Shown: positions 19,992 through 29,303 of the stretch, piece after piece
Layout: each line of letters opens with the position of its first letter
Numbering within the stretch: position 1 is the stretch's first letter
Virus record (IMG/VR): IMGVR_UViG_3300025030_001282
Span: 15,915-79,914 of that record
From: a virus
Reading direction: 5' to 3' (one strand)
Length of the DNA stretch: 64,000 nt
Notes under the pieces: model-generated
Seen by the model: the letters and a program-made list of their open reading frames with translations, nothing else
Told to the model about the DNA's origin: nothing
Databases searched by the model: none
Translations under genes and position numbers: made by a program

Positions 19992-20504
19992 CTAGCCTTG
20001 AGGCAGAGGCTTGCCCAGGAGCGCCACCTGCCGTGCCACCCGGACCGGAGGCCACTCCAGGGCAATGCCGATCTGTGCCAAGGTTGCCGTCACATCGACG
20101 CCCATCCCCTCCGGGCACCACGTCGCCTCGTACCCAGGGAGCCCGGCCAGTGCCGCCGCGCTCTTCGCCCGGAGCTGCTTCCTGGCAGTACCCTGCCAAT
20201 AGAGCACGCAACGCAGTTGAGCATCGCTCCAGTTTGGATGTTTCATGGCCATGCGCGACACATACCCGCCCAGATCGAAATCGTTGACGACGACGTAGAC
20301 CGGCGCAGAGATATCGAAGGCATGGGCGAAGCCCGGAGCCGCAGGCGGGCAGCGTTCGCTCTTCCCGACGTTGGGGCACCCACGAGGATGCAGCGGGTAC
20401 GGCTTCACGCACAGGGCGCGGACGCTGAAGTCGAGGACCGGCTGAACCTGCCTCACCAACGGCGAAAGGACGCCACCCGAAAAGAGCCCCAGCTGCTCGT
20501 TCAC
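19992..20504 (-). CDS. DUF2284-like metal-binding protein
   Basis: C...GCPN.GK...CPP...PEGMGVDVT.T pattern. Confidence 0.65.
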   Translation of the reverse strand: MNEQLGLFSGGVLSPLVRQVQPVLDFSVRALCVKPYPLHPRGCPNVGKSERCPPAAPGFAHAFDISAPVYVVVNDFDLGGYVSRMAMKHPNWSDAQLRCVLYWQGTARKQLRAKSAAALAGLPGYEATWCPEGMGVDVTATLAQIGIALEWPPVRVARQVALLGKPLPQG

Positions 20505-20674
20505 AGCACTTCACCCTGGCGCTCCACGATTACCATCAGCGAATTGTAGGCCGACATGAACTCCGAGCGGTCCGGGGTGGAAATAACCCCGGAGGCGCTT
20601 TCCAGCTCAGTGGCGGCGCGGCGCACCGATGTAAGAACCGACACGGTGGTGACAGGACCACAAACTAATCTCAT
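20501..20674 (-). CDS. Small hypothetical protein (57 aa; below the ORF-track cut-off)
   Basis: GGAGG RBS; reads MRLVCGPV...GEVL*; stop overlaps the next start. Confidence 0.5.
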   Translation of the reverse strand: MRLVCGPVTTVSVLTSVRRAATELESASGVISTPDRSEFMSAYNSLMVIVERQGEVL

Positions 20675-20697
20675 AACTACCTCCCTTGATAAAGGCC

Positions 20698-22293
20698 CTA
20701 TGCGGCCAGCCCAATTTTGATCTGTGATCCGCCGTTCAAAACAGCAAATAGCGGTTTCTTAGCTTCCTTGTCGTAAGAGACGGCACCCTCGAAGGCCTGA
20801 GCGACAGACTGCGCCTCGCAGGTGAGTTCGCGGAAAGGCTTCGTGCCATAGTCTTGCGGCAACCAACCCTTGCCCCGGCAAGCCACGACGTTGAAGCGGC
20901 GCAGAATATCTTCATTCCTGAAGGTCAGGTGGATGGTGCCCTTTTTGTGCGCTGTGGCCTTGAAGTAGGTACTTTCCACGCCGGAGCTAACGCCAACGGC
21001 AAAGGATTTGCGGAGCGCATCAGAGATAGAAACGTATCCGGCCATGCCATCGAAGTAGTTCATAACCTTGTCGATATCGTCGAGAACCTCGGCAGCCTTG
21101 TAATCCAGTTGCAAGCCGCTGTAGCCATAGAACGGATTGCCGTAACTGGCCCGGATCGGCACAATGACGCGGCGACCGACCTTGAAAGCCTTGTTGGTTT
21201 TCCAGCCATTGAAGTAGTGGATGTTCTTCTGCCACAGGCCATCATCCCAGCAGTGCCGCACTGTGAACATGTCGAAGACATCAAGCACCGCTTCAGTCAG
21301 CGTTTGCTCATAGCCACCGATCAGGTTCATGACGAATTGCCGGATATTGCTTTCGGTGAAGTCCATGAAGCAGCGATCCGTCAGGGCGTGTTCGAACTCC
21401 GCCTGCTTCTTTGCGGTCAACCGGCTTTTCACATCTTTAAGGTCAAGCGTGCGACGCCAGAAGTCGACACGCACCGATCGCAGCAGCAGGTTCACTGCGT
21501 GCTGCAATTTCCCCGTGAGGTCTTCCGCAGAGCGCCCACCTTGTTGCCGCCCCCCCACGTCGTTCAACGTGAGGTATTTTCCGATGTGCCGATAGTTGCG
21601 GTAAAAGCCGGTAATCGTTTCCATCCCCACTTGCACAGCGCGGTTATATTCCAGGACCAGTTCCGAAATCGTGCGGCCATTGGACACTTCATGCTTTTCA
21701 GTGAAGGCAGCCTTCGACTCCTGAGCGATATCTTCAGCGCCAGCAAAAAGGTCATCTTCCACACGGCGGTCGATCACGATGCTGACCAGGGCCACCTCAA
21801 CGTCCGTGCGACGCTCTGCCAGTGAAAACCCGTTAGCAATGTATTCGATGCTGGCTCCGCATTCGTCCAGACGCCGGACTAAGAGCTTTCGGCTGCTGGT
21901 ATGCGGATTCCGAAGGGTCTCCGCGTTGAGGAGGAAAATAATCTGCCCCCGATACATAATGTCGAGAGCCTTGAGCAGATGCTGTTCCCCGTTTTCGAAG
22001 GGAGGATTGGCAATGATCAGGTCGAATTTATCCGGGCCGGAGTAGGCCAGGAAATCGGAATCGATCAGCTTGAAGGACTTGCCACGGAGGGTGGCTTGTA
22101 GTTCGGGGTCGCTTTCGATGGCGAAAATGTCGTCAGCAGAAAAACGCCGAGTGTGCGATGAAAGAAGCGCTTCAATGAGGTCACCCTTGCCAGCGGACGG
22201 CTCTAGAACCTTGACAGGGTGACCTTTGATTTTGCAGATCATGCGGGAGGCCAGGGAAACCGGAGTAGGGAAAAATGATTTGTTGCTTAACAC
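20698..22293 (-). CDS. N6-adenine DNA methyltransferase with a DUF4942-like C-terminus
   Basis: FFPTP, VLEPSAGKG (motif I), NPPF (motif IV); GWKTN and KKGTIH in the C-terminal part. Confidence 0.85.
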   Translation of the reverse strand: MLSNKSFFPTPVSLASRMICKIKGHPVKVLEPSAGKGDLIEALLSSHTRRFSADDIFAIESDPELQATLRGKSFKLIDSDFLAYSGPDKFDLIIANPPFENGEQHLLKALDIMYRGQIIFLLNAETLRNPHTSSRKLLVRRLDECGASIEYIANGFSLAERRTDVEVALVSIVIDRRVEDDLFAGAEDIAQESKAAFTEKHEVSNGRTISELVLEYNRAVQVGMETITGFYRNYRHIGKYLTLNDVGGRQQGGRSAEDLTGKLQHAVNLLLRSVRVDFWRRTLDLKDVKSRLTAKKQAEFEHALTDRCFMDFTESNIRQFVMNLIGGYEQTLTEAVLDVFDMFTVRHCWDDGLWQKNIHYFNGWKTNKAFKVGRRVIVPIRASYGNPFYGYSGLQLDYKAAEVLDDIDKVMNYFDGMAGYVSISDALRKSFAVGVSSGVESTYFKATAHKKGTIHLTFRNEDILRRFNVVACRGKGWLPQDYGTKPFRELTCEAQSVAQAFEGAVSYDKEAKKPLFAVLNGGSQIKIGLAA

Positions 22294-22359
22294 AAAGAGA
22301 CTCCTGATGCTGAAAACGATATCTGCAAAGGGGTAAAGCCCCCAGCCTAAACTGATACA

Positions 22360-22770
22360 TCAACCGCCAGAAGCAAGGTGCAGCAGCAGCGCCTTTTTAT
22401 AGTCGTCGCAGGTGTTCAGGTACTTGTGGCCGCGAGTGGTGCGGATTGCTTCGACCGCCTGGACCGGGTCGGCTCCCTGGGCCGCCTCGTAGAGCTTGAC
22501 CAGCTTCCGCTGGGCGCAGATCAGGGCAGTGTTCTCCGGATTGCCACCCGTGAGAGCCGGAGGAACCGGGACCGCCTTTGCAGCCGCTGCAGGTGCCATT
22601 GCCGCAGCGAAGCGCTTACCTTCCGGGCTGTCCGGGTTGTCTTCGCAGAAGCGGCGGGCTCTTTGTACCTTGGTGAAGATGACATCGACCACCGCGCCCG
22701 TATCGTCGTATATGGTGAGACGACCATTCATGCCATTGCCAAAGTCCCTATGGGTTTCCGCGATTTTCAT
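22360..22770 (-). CDS. Hypothetical protein
   Basis: GGGGAGG RBS favours ATG at 22770 (MKIAETH...). Confidence 0.65.
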   Translation of the reverse strand: MKIAETHRDFGNGMNGRLTIYDDTGAVVDVIFTKVQRARRFCEDNPDSPEGKRFAAAMAPAAAAKAVPVPPALTGGNPENTALICAQRKLVKLYEAAQGADPVQAVEAIRTTRGHKYLNTCDDYKKALLLHLASGG

Positions 22771-22841
22771 GGTGTTCCTCCCCCAGACGCAAAATATGCT
22801 GCATGGATATCCAAAGGCCCCGCCACAAAGTGATCCCACCC

Positions 22842-22880
22842 GGCAAAAAGTTTGATATGCGCTACGAAAGGCCGTAGAAT
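22842..22880 (+). promoter_or_regulatory. Promoter of the giant-protein operon, with the conserved motif at 22852-22867
   Basis: GGCAAAAAGT-TTGATA-17 nt-TAGAAT. Confidence 0.8.
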
Positions 22881-22907
22881 CACCCCCAGGAACAAAAAGG
22901 GGGAATC

Positions 22908-25900
22908 ATGCTGTACCTGCTGCTGCGCAAGAGCCAAATGGCCTTCGATTGGAACAAACCTGCCGAGAAGTCGGAACATACCGCCGAGCCCCACCACAAG
23001 GCATACGACCGAGTGACGGCCAGCGGCAAGCTGGTCCACGTCGAAGCCAAAGGCCCGCAGACCGAGGCACGCGAGAAGCTGGACCACGGCATGAAGATCA
23101 TGTACCGGACGCCGGAGATGCCTCGCCGCCGCAAGGGAACCATCACCGGCAGCGACGAATCCGGCTGGCATGTGACCGGGCAGCGTCAGGGCAACGTACT
23201 GAAGCCCTCCCAGCACGTCCTCCCCCGCGAGCAGATATGGACCATCCCGGAGCACGAGGCGGACCGGGCACCGAAGGGCACCCACGTAGCCGTCAGCGGG
23301 CACGGGCGCGTGCTGAAGCCAGAGATTGTCCGGGAACGGGCAGAGAAGGGATACGCCCGCCTGGGAATCACCGAAGACAAAGTGCTGACCCACCCCGAAG
23401 TGCTGCGCGTCATGAAAAACTCGCTGAACAAGCTCGCCAGGACCAATTCGATGATTATCGAGCCAGGGTTTAACGTGCAGAACGGCATGATCGTGAACGA
23501 TTCGCCGGAGTCGATGGACGCCTACGAAGCCTTCATGGACAGCCTGTTCAACAGCTTCCGCAGGCAGACCGCCCAGGCCCCCGACGAGATGGTGGACGAA
23601 TTCCGCGACCACCTGATGGGGAAACGCGACAACAGCCGCATATTCTGGACCGGGATCCAGGACGGCGAGACGGCGGCGCTGCGCTACGTGAAGAAGCGGA
23701 AACTGGAGCACCATACCCACGAGGAATTCAACACCTCTGCCGAAGGAGACTTCGAAGCCGGTATGCGGGAGATATCGAGCGAGACGGCGACCGCCCACCA
23801 CGAGGATTCCGACCTGAAGCGCCGCATCGACCGTGACAACGCGATCGAGGGAGCCCTGGCCGAGATGCACCCGAAGGCTGCCGAGCTGCTGCGCCGCCAT
23901 TTCGGCCTGGGCGATTACCAAGAGCCTCAGTCCACCGCAGCCATCGCCCGCGAGATGGGGACCACGAAGGAGAAGGTAGAAAAGGCGCTCACCCTGTCGC
24001 TGCAGGCCTTCGCCGCCACCAAGGGAAGCTCCGCCCTGCGGGAGTTTCTTAAATCGTTGCGGGAGGAACTGGATTTCAGAAAGGCCATTGTCTACGAGGA
24101 GGAGCTGCAGAAGAGCCACATCAAGCAGTACGCCCGCATGGACGGCATCGTGGTGCAAGAGCACCAGGACAAGCGCATCGCCAAGCACCCCGACCTGATC
24201 GCCCACGAGAACGCCCACGGCGACAAGGTACACACCGGAGCCGACCTGAAGCACGGCGCGGACCTCCAGGAGCACCTGAAGAGCCGAGGCTGGAAGCAGA
24301 AGGAAGTTTCCGCCGTGCGCAAGAAGGACGGAGCGAAGGTCGGCAAGAAGGAGGACATGCCGGAGCCGTCCGCGATCAAGGGGAAGAACCAGGAGAACTC
24401 CGCGCTGCAATCCGCACAGCGGACCATCCAGAAGATGCACGAAGCCGTGAAGAACGGCAGCGACCCGGTGGCCAGCCTGCAGGCGATCAACACCAGCCGT
24501 GGCAACCCGTACCTCGCCGCCGTGGACGACGAGAAAAAGAAGCTCTTCGAGCACTTCGGCCATGAAACCGACGACAGCGAGAAGCAGCAGAAGTTCGACA
24601 AGGACGGGCACACGGTGATTTTGGCCGACGACGGCAAGAAGGTGGCCTTCGCCGGAGGCGATATCGAGGCGAAGGGGAATAAACCGGTGGGCTCCCTCAC
24701 CGGCAAGAAGGAGGTCGAGAGCACCGATACCGGGAAGAAGCAGCCGAAGTTCATCACCGGGCGGCCCAACACGGCCTACACCGCGAAGATGAACGAGGTG
24801 AAGAGCAACTACGCCCTGGTCGAGGCGCACGACCTGACCGCCAGCCACACCATCCAGGGGCACGTGAACAAGGCATACCCCCAGGAGATCCAGCCCAGGG
24901 AGCGCGAGCGCGTTTCCAGCCAAATGCAGATGGCAAACATCATGAACGACCTGAAGCCCGAGCTGTTCGGCCACAGCGCCACCGCCTCCGATGGTGCGCC
25001 GATCGTGGGCAAGGACGGAGCGGTCGAATCCGGCAACGGGCGCACCATCGCACTTTCCGAGGCCTACAACAGGGGCCTCGCCGACAAATACAAGGAATGG
25101 CTCAAGGGGGAAGCCGAGCATTTCGGCCTGAAGCCCGAGGACGTGGAAGGGATGAAAAGCCCCATGCTGGTCCGGGTCCGGGACGAGGCGGACGGTAACA
25201 AGGACCGCGCCGAGTTCGCCCGCGAGGCAAACCAGAGCTCAAACCTGGGCAGCTCCCCCGCAGAGCAGGCCTGGACGGACGCCGACCGCATCGACGACAG
25301 CCTGCTGAAGAAGTTCACCGCCGACGAGGACGGCGAAATCTACAACGACGACAACATGCCCTTCATCACCGCGTTCCTGGGGAAGCTGGGCAAGAACGAA
25401 GCGGCGAGCTTGCAGGACGCCGACGGCGAGCCGAACAAGAAATGCATCGAGCGGATACAGAACGCAGTGTTCGCCAAGGTGTACGGCAGCTCGGTCCTTA
25501 CCGAGTTCCAGGCCGAGAGCGCCAAGCCGCGCATCAGGAACGTGCTGAAGGCGCTGAACGCCTGCGTCGGAGACTTCGCCCAGGTGAAAGGGCACGACGA
25601 CCTGGACGTGATACCGGACATGATGGAGGCGATCGAGTACACCCTTTCCCACCAGAGCGTGAGCCGAGCGGAGATGGAGCACACGCTAAAGAACGCCGGA
25701 GCCCTAAACTTCACCGGGGACACGCCGACGTTCAAGACGGACTTTGCGGTCAACATGATCCTCGCCATCACCGACCGCACCGGATCCAGGAACCGGCTGC
25801 AGAACGTGTTCAAGGCCATCAGCAACGAGATAAAGACCGAGGTGGCCAGCAGGGAGAACCCGGAGGTGGACATGTTTTCTGGACCGGCGCAGCCGAAGAC

Positions 25901-28900
25901 TAAAGAACAGGTGGTCAAGACCGCCCTGGAGAAGCAGGAGCGCCAGGAGATGCAGAAATCAGTAACGAGCGGGGCCTTTTTATTTAGAAAGGCACACGGA
26001 GGAGCACATGGCCGAGTTATCGGAAGAAGAAAAGTACAAGCGCAAGCAGGCGCTGCTGACGCGGGCGCTCGGGACGGCGGACAAACTGGACGCGGAGGAC
26101 GCGAAGAAGGAAGCCTCCGAAAAGGACAAAGCGAAGAAGCAGCGGGCAGAAAAGACGCAGGCCCGGCAGGAGGAGAAGGAGCAGGAAAAGGAGAAGGCCA
26201 AGAAGGACGCCGAGCCGGTTCTTGGCTGATCAAGGCCCACGTCGTAGCCTACAACCGCACCACCCACTCCGGGGCACTGGCCCAGGTACTGTCGCACGAA
26301 GACAGCCGGGTGAGCGGATACGGCGCAAAGCTGGCCAAGGTGAAGAACCCGAGCGACCTGCACAAGCTGCGCACGGAGCGCTTCGGACACCTCCCCCATT
26401 GGGGCAGGCTCGACGACCAGACGCGCCAGCACGTGCTGAACGCCGAGGACCACATCCATGACAGGCTCAAGGCCGAGGACTTCCACAAGAAGCTGAAGAC
26501 CGCCATCTCCGAGCACCCTGCGATGGATACCATCGACCGGAGCGGCTGGGGCCAGACCCGGCTCTTCAAGGCGCTGCTGCAGAAGTCGATGGGGAAGACC
26601 ATCTGCTTTGACTTTGACGGCGTGATCGCCGATTACAGCGACGGCTTTCAAGGCGTCGACGTTTTCGGCCAGCCGATCGAGGGAGCCTCCAAAACCCTGC
26701 ACGAGCTGCACGACGCCGGAGTGAAGATCATCATATTCACCACCCGCCAGGACACCCCCGCGCTCCGGGCCTACCTTGAGCAGAACAGCATCCCATTCGA
26801 CGAGATCAACAGGAACAGCGACCAGCCGGACCACACCAACGAGGGCAAGCCCATCGCCGACGCCTATGTGGACGACCGAGCCGTCAGGTTCGTGAACTGG
26901 CCCCTGGCAGCCGCTATGCTGGACCACACGCTGCGCAAGAGCGTGATGCACCCGGCAATGATCCTGCGGAAAAGCCAGATGTCGCTCTTCGATTGGGTAC
27001 CGCCCAAGCACGAGGAGGAGCGGACGGTACACGCGACCACCCGGCATCTTGCATCCGGCGCGGCGGTCGCAGTGAAGCAGCACGAGCGTAAGGTCCAGGT
27101 GGCGGAGAAGCCGAAGCCCGGAGGCACCAGCCTGAAGCACACGGACGAGAATTACCGCTACAAGGACGTGGGCCACGTCCCAGGGAGCCGGAAGGAGCTG
27201 GCAGCCGAGCAGGCCACCATGATCAAGCAGCGGGCAAAGACCGGCGCAGGCGTAGATTACCGGGAAGTGAATTGGGACGCCCTCGAGGAGAACCCGCGTG
27301 AGGCCTACGACCTGATCACGAAGGACTCGATCGCCAAGGAGGTGGATTGGGAGGCCATCAAAGCCAGCGGAGTGGAGCCCGGCGCAGGCTTCCTGATGTA
27401 CAAGCTCTACGCTGCCGTGGCACCCAAGCCGGAAGACAGCCCCCAGGCGAGGAAGGACTTTGTGTTCGGCATCAACGCCCTGCAGGAGCGTTTCACCGAT
27501 TGCAGGACCACCCCGGAGGTGATCGCCAAGATTCGGGAAATATCGGAGGAAATGACCGGCTTCACCATGAACCCGGAGCAGCAGAAGGAGTGGGAGCGCC
27601 TGGAGGCAGCATACCGCGAACCGGCGCAGACCGCCCGGAGGTTAAGCAAGGAGCACGACGCGGTATGGAACGCCTACTACAAGCCGAGCCAGCGGCTGCA
27701 GAACCTTAAATGGGACCAGGAGAAGCGGGTCCGGCGCGGCTGGAAAAAGGATCCCGAACTGGAAGCACAGATCGAGGCCCTGCAGAAAGACGTCGACGCA
27801 CTGTATCAGGTGGATCAGGCGTGGAGAGCCGCCAACCAAGCGGCTACGGAGCAGGCCGACAAGGCATCCACTGCCGCCTGGAAGGAACAGAGGGCCTTCA
27901 AGGAAAACGTGATCAACATCAACATCCTGACCCACCCGCTTACCAGAGGCTGGAACAGCTTCGGCAAGAAGTTCTTCAACGCCATCAACTACAGCAGCTA
28001 CAAAGGCTCCGATGCCTTCGGCACGCACGTGGCCACCGCCAGGAGCGGCAAGGTTCAGAATTGGGACTGGCTGGAGAAAGACACCAAGCCCAGGGCGGCC
28101 AGCAAGACCTCTGTGCAGTTCCAGTTGAAGGTAGCGGAGAACGTGGAGCGCATCGGCGGTGCTCCCTTGCCCAAAGCCGACTACGGCACCGACGACATCA
28201 AGAGGGAATTTAACCTCGCCAACGTGCAAAGCGGCAACTGGGTACTGAAAGACCTGAACGCAGCGAAACACCACACTGAGCAGTGCGCTATGGCCTTCCA
28301 GGACATGGCGGATATCCTGGGCATCCCCAGCAGCGAGATCAGCATGAACGGACGCCTCTCGGTCGCCTTCGGTGCCAGGGGGAGCGGCGGAGTGTTCGGG
28401 CCGGGAGCTGCCGCCCACTACGAGAACAAGTACCGGGTGATCAACCTGACCAAGATGAAGGGCGGCGGAAGCCTCGCCCACGAGTGGCTGCACTTCCTGG
28501 ACGACGTGGCAGGAGAGATCGAAACCGGAGAACGAAAAGGGCGCGAAACCTATGCAACCGATTCCGCGCCGACCACCCCGGTCCTGCAGGCGTTCAAGGA
28601 TCTGGCCTTCGAGATGGAGAACGGCGGCCACAACGAGTCGATCAAAATCAAGGTCACCATCACCGAGGCGGAGAAGGAGCACTGGCTGCAAAGAGTGGAA
28701 CGGGCACGTAAGAGCAACTTCTACGGGGCACCGACCATCCACATGATCGCCACAGCCAAAGACCTATCCGAGGCAGTGCAGGGCGCATTCGACGCCATGA
28801 CCGCAGGCAAGTTCGGAGCCGTGGGCGGCCACAAGGCCAAGAAGCAGTACGAGCTTTACCGGGAAATGGCCGTGGCAGTCCATGCGGGCACCGAGGGCAC

Positions 28901-29303
28901 CTACGATGCTATCGGATTTAAGACCGGCAGCAAGTACTACGTCGAGTCCCAGAAGATCGACGCGGGCACGAAGGGAAGTGGCTACTGGCAGAGCCGAAAG
29001 GAAATGGCGGCCCGAGCCTTCGCCGCCTACGTCAGCGACAAGCTGCACGAGCGCAAGCGGGAGAACACCTACCTGACCAGCTACGCCGACAACAAGTACT
29101 ATGTGCTGGAGGGGATCAAGCCCTACCCCGAAGGAGAAGAGCGGACCCGCATCAACGCCGCCTTTGACAAGCTGTTCGCCACGATCAAGACGAGCGGCAC
29201 CCTGCAGAAGGCCATGCAGAATTATGGCCGCGACCAGGGACGGCAGGAAACCGCCCGCCGCGTAGCGTACCTCATCCGCAAAAGAGGAGCGCAGGCATGC
29301 TGA
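22908..29303 (+). CDS. 2131-aa polyvalent protein: sigma70 region-4-like HTH, DdrB-like ParB, HAD phosphatase and LPD1/zincin-like domains
   Basis: LRRHFGL...IAREMG (~23845-24030); QPRER...DGAPIV...VESGNGR (~24800-25250); DFDGV...FTTR...KP...VDD (~26590-26900); AFGARG...INLTK..GGGSLAHEWLH and EMAARAF...YPEGEER (~28190-29190). Confidence 0.85.
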   Translation: MLYLLLRKSQMAFDWNKPAEKSEHTAEPHHKAYDRVTASGKLVHVEAKGPQTEAREKLDHGMKIMYRTPEMPRRRKGTITGSDESGWHVTGQRQGNVLKPSQHVLPREQIWTIPEHEADRAPKGTHVAVSGHGRVLKPEIVRERAEKGYARLGITEDKVLTHPEVLRVMKNSLNKLARTNSMIIEPGFNVQNGMIVNDSPESMDAYEAFMDSLFNSFRRQTAQAPDEMVDEFRDHLMGKRDNSRIFWTGIQDGETAALRYVKKRKLEHHTHEEFNTSAEGDFEAGMREISSETATAHHEDSDLKRRIDRDNAIEGALAEMHPKAAELLRRHFGLGDYQEPQSTAAIAREMGTTKEKVEKALTLSLQAFAATKGSSALREFLKSLREELDFRKAIVYEEELQKSHIKQYARMDGIVVQEHQDKRIAKHPDLIAHENAHGDKVHTGADLKHGADLQEHLKSRGWKQKEVSAVRKKDGAKVGKKEDMPEPSAIKGKNQENSALQSAQRTIQKMHEAVKNGSDPVASLQAINTSRGNPYLAAVDDEKKKLFEHFGHETDDSEKQQKFDKDGHTVILADDGKKVAFAGGDIEAKGNKPVGSLTGKKEVESTDTGKKQPKFITGRPNTAYTAKMNEVKSNYALVEAHDLTASHTIQGHVNKAYPQEIQPRERERVSSQMQMANIMNDLKPELFGHSATASDGAPIVGKDGAVESGNGRTIALSEAYNRGLADKYKEWLKGEAEHFGLKPEDVEGMKSPMLVRVRDEADGNKDRAEFAREANQSSNLGSSPAEQAWTDADRIDDSLLKKFTADEDGEIYNDDNMPFITAFLGKLGKNEAASLQDADGEPNKKCIERIQNAVFAKVYGSSVLTEFQAESAKPRIRNVLKALNACVGDFAQVKGHDDLDVIPDMMEAIEYTLSHQSVSRAEMEHTLKNAGALNFTGDTPTFKTDFAVNMILAITDRTGSRNRLQNVFKAISNEIKTEVASRENPEVDMFSGPAQPKTKEQVVKTALEKQERQEMQKSVTSGAFLFRKAHGGAHGRVIGRRKVQAQAGAADAGARDGGQTGRGGREEGSLRKGQSEEAAGRKDAGPAGGEGAGKGEGQEGRRAGSWLIKAHVVAYNRTTHSGALAQVLSHEDSRVSGYGAKLAKVKNPSDLHKLRTERFGHLPHWGRLDDQTRQHVLNAEDHIHDRLKAEDFHKKLKTAISEHPAMDTIDRSGWGQTRLFKALLQKSMGKTICFDFDGVIADYSDGFQGVDVFGQPIEGASKTLHELHDAGVKIIIFTTRQDTPALRAYLEQNSIPFDEINRNSDQPDHTNEGKPIADAYVDDRAVRFVNWPLAAAMLDHTLRKSVMHPAMILRKSQMSLFDWVPPKHEEERTVHATTRHLASGAAVAVKQHERKVQVAEKPKPGGTSLKHTDENYRYKDVGHVPGSRKELAAEQATMIKQRAKTGAGVDYREVNWDALEENPREAYDLITKDSIAKEVDWEAIKASGVEPGAGFLMYKLYAAVAPKPEDSPQARKDFVFGINALQERFTDCRTTPEVIAKIREISEEMTGFTMNPEQQKEWERLEAAYREPAQTARRLSKEHDAVWNAYYKPSQRLQNLKWDQEKRVRRGWKKDPELEAQIEALQKDVDALYQVDQAWRAANQAATEQADKASTAAWKEQRAFKENVININILTHPLTRGWNSFGKKFFNAINYSSYKGSDAFGTHVATARSGKVQNWDWLEKDTKPRAASKTSVQFQLKVAENVERIGGAPLPKADYGTDDIKREFNLANVQSGNWVLKDLNAAKHHTEQCAMAFQDMADILGIPSSEISMNGRLSVAFGARGSGGVFGPGAAAHYENKYRVINLTKMKGGGSLAHEWLHFLDDVAGEIETGERKGRETYATDSAPTTPVLQAFKDLAFEMENGGHNESIKIKVTITEAEKEHWLQRVERARKSNFYGAPTIHMIATAKDLSEAVQGAFDAMTAGKFGAVGGHKAKKQYELYREMAVAVHAGTEGTYDAIGFKTGSKYYVESQKIDAGTKGSGYWQSRKEMAARAFAAYVSDKLHERKRENTYLTSYADNKYYVLEGIKPYPEGEERTRINAAFDKLFATIKTSGTLQKAMQNYGRDQGRQETARRVAYLIRKRGAQAC
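26008..26229 (+). CDS. Nested +1-frame ORF (73 aa, K/E-rich helix) overprinting the giant gene
   Basis: GGAGGAG RBS at 25998-26004 after an AT-rich patch; genome-typical codons in this frame, while the host frame reads as G/R-rich filler. Confidence 0.65.
   Translation: MAELSEEEKYKRKQALLTRALGTADKLDAEDAKKEASEKDKAKKQRAEKTQARQEEKEQEKEKAKKDAEPVLG

Noticed and set aside
22767-25121. Long antisense ORFs (also 11310-12944, 32378-34660, 14804-16033, 25980-27176)
   Set aside because: These are shadow ORFs opposite high-GC3 genes, with no RBS or recognisable motifs.
25975-25990. TTTTTATTT as a programmed frameshift site in the giant gene
   Set aside because: It is not a proper X XXY YYZ heptamer in frame (C TTT TTA). 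It is better explained as an AT-rich enhancer for the nested RBS.
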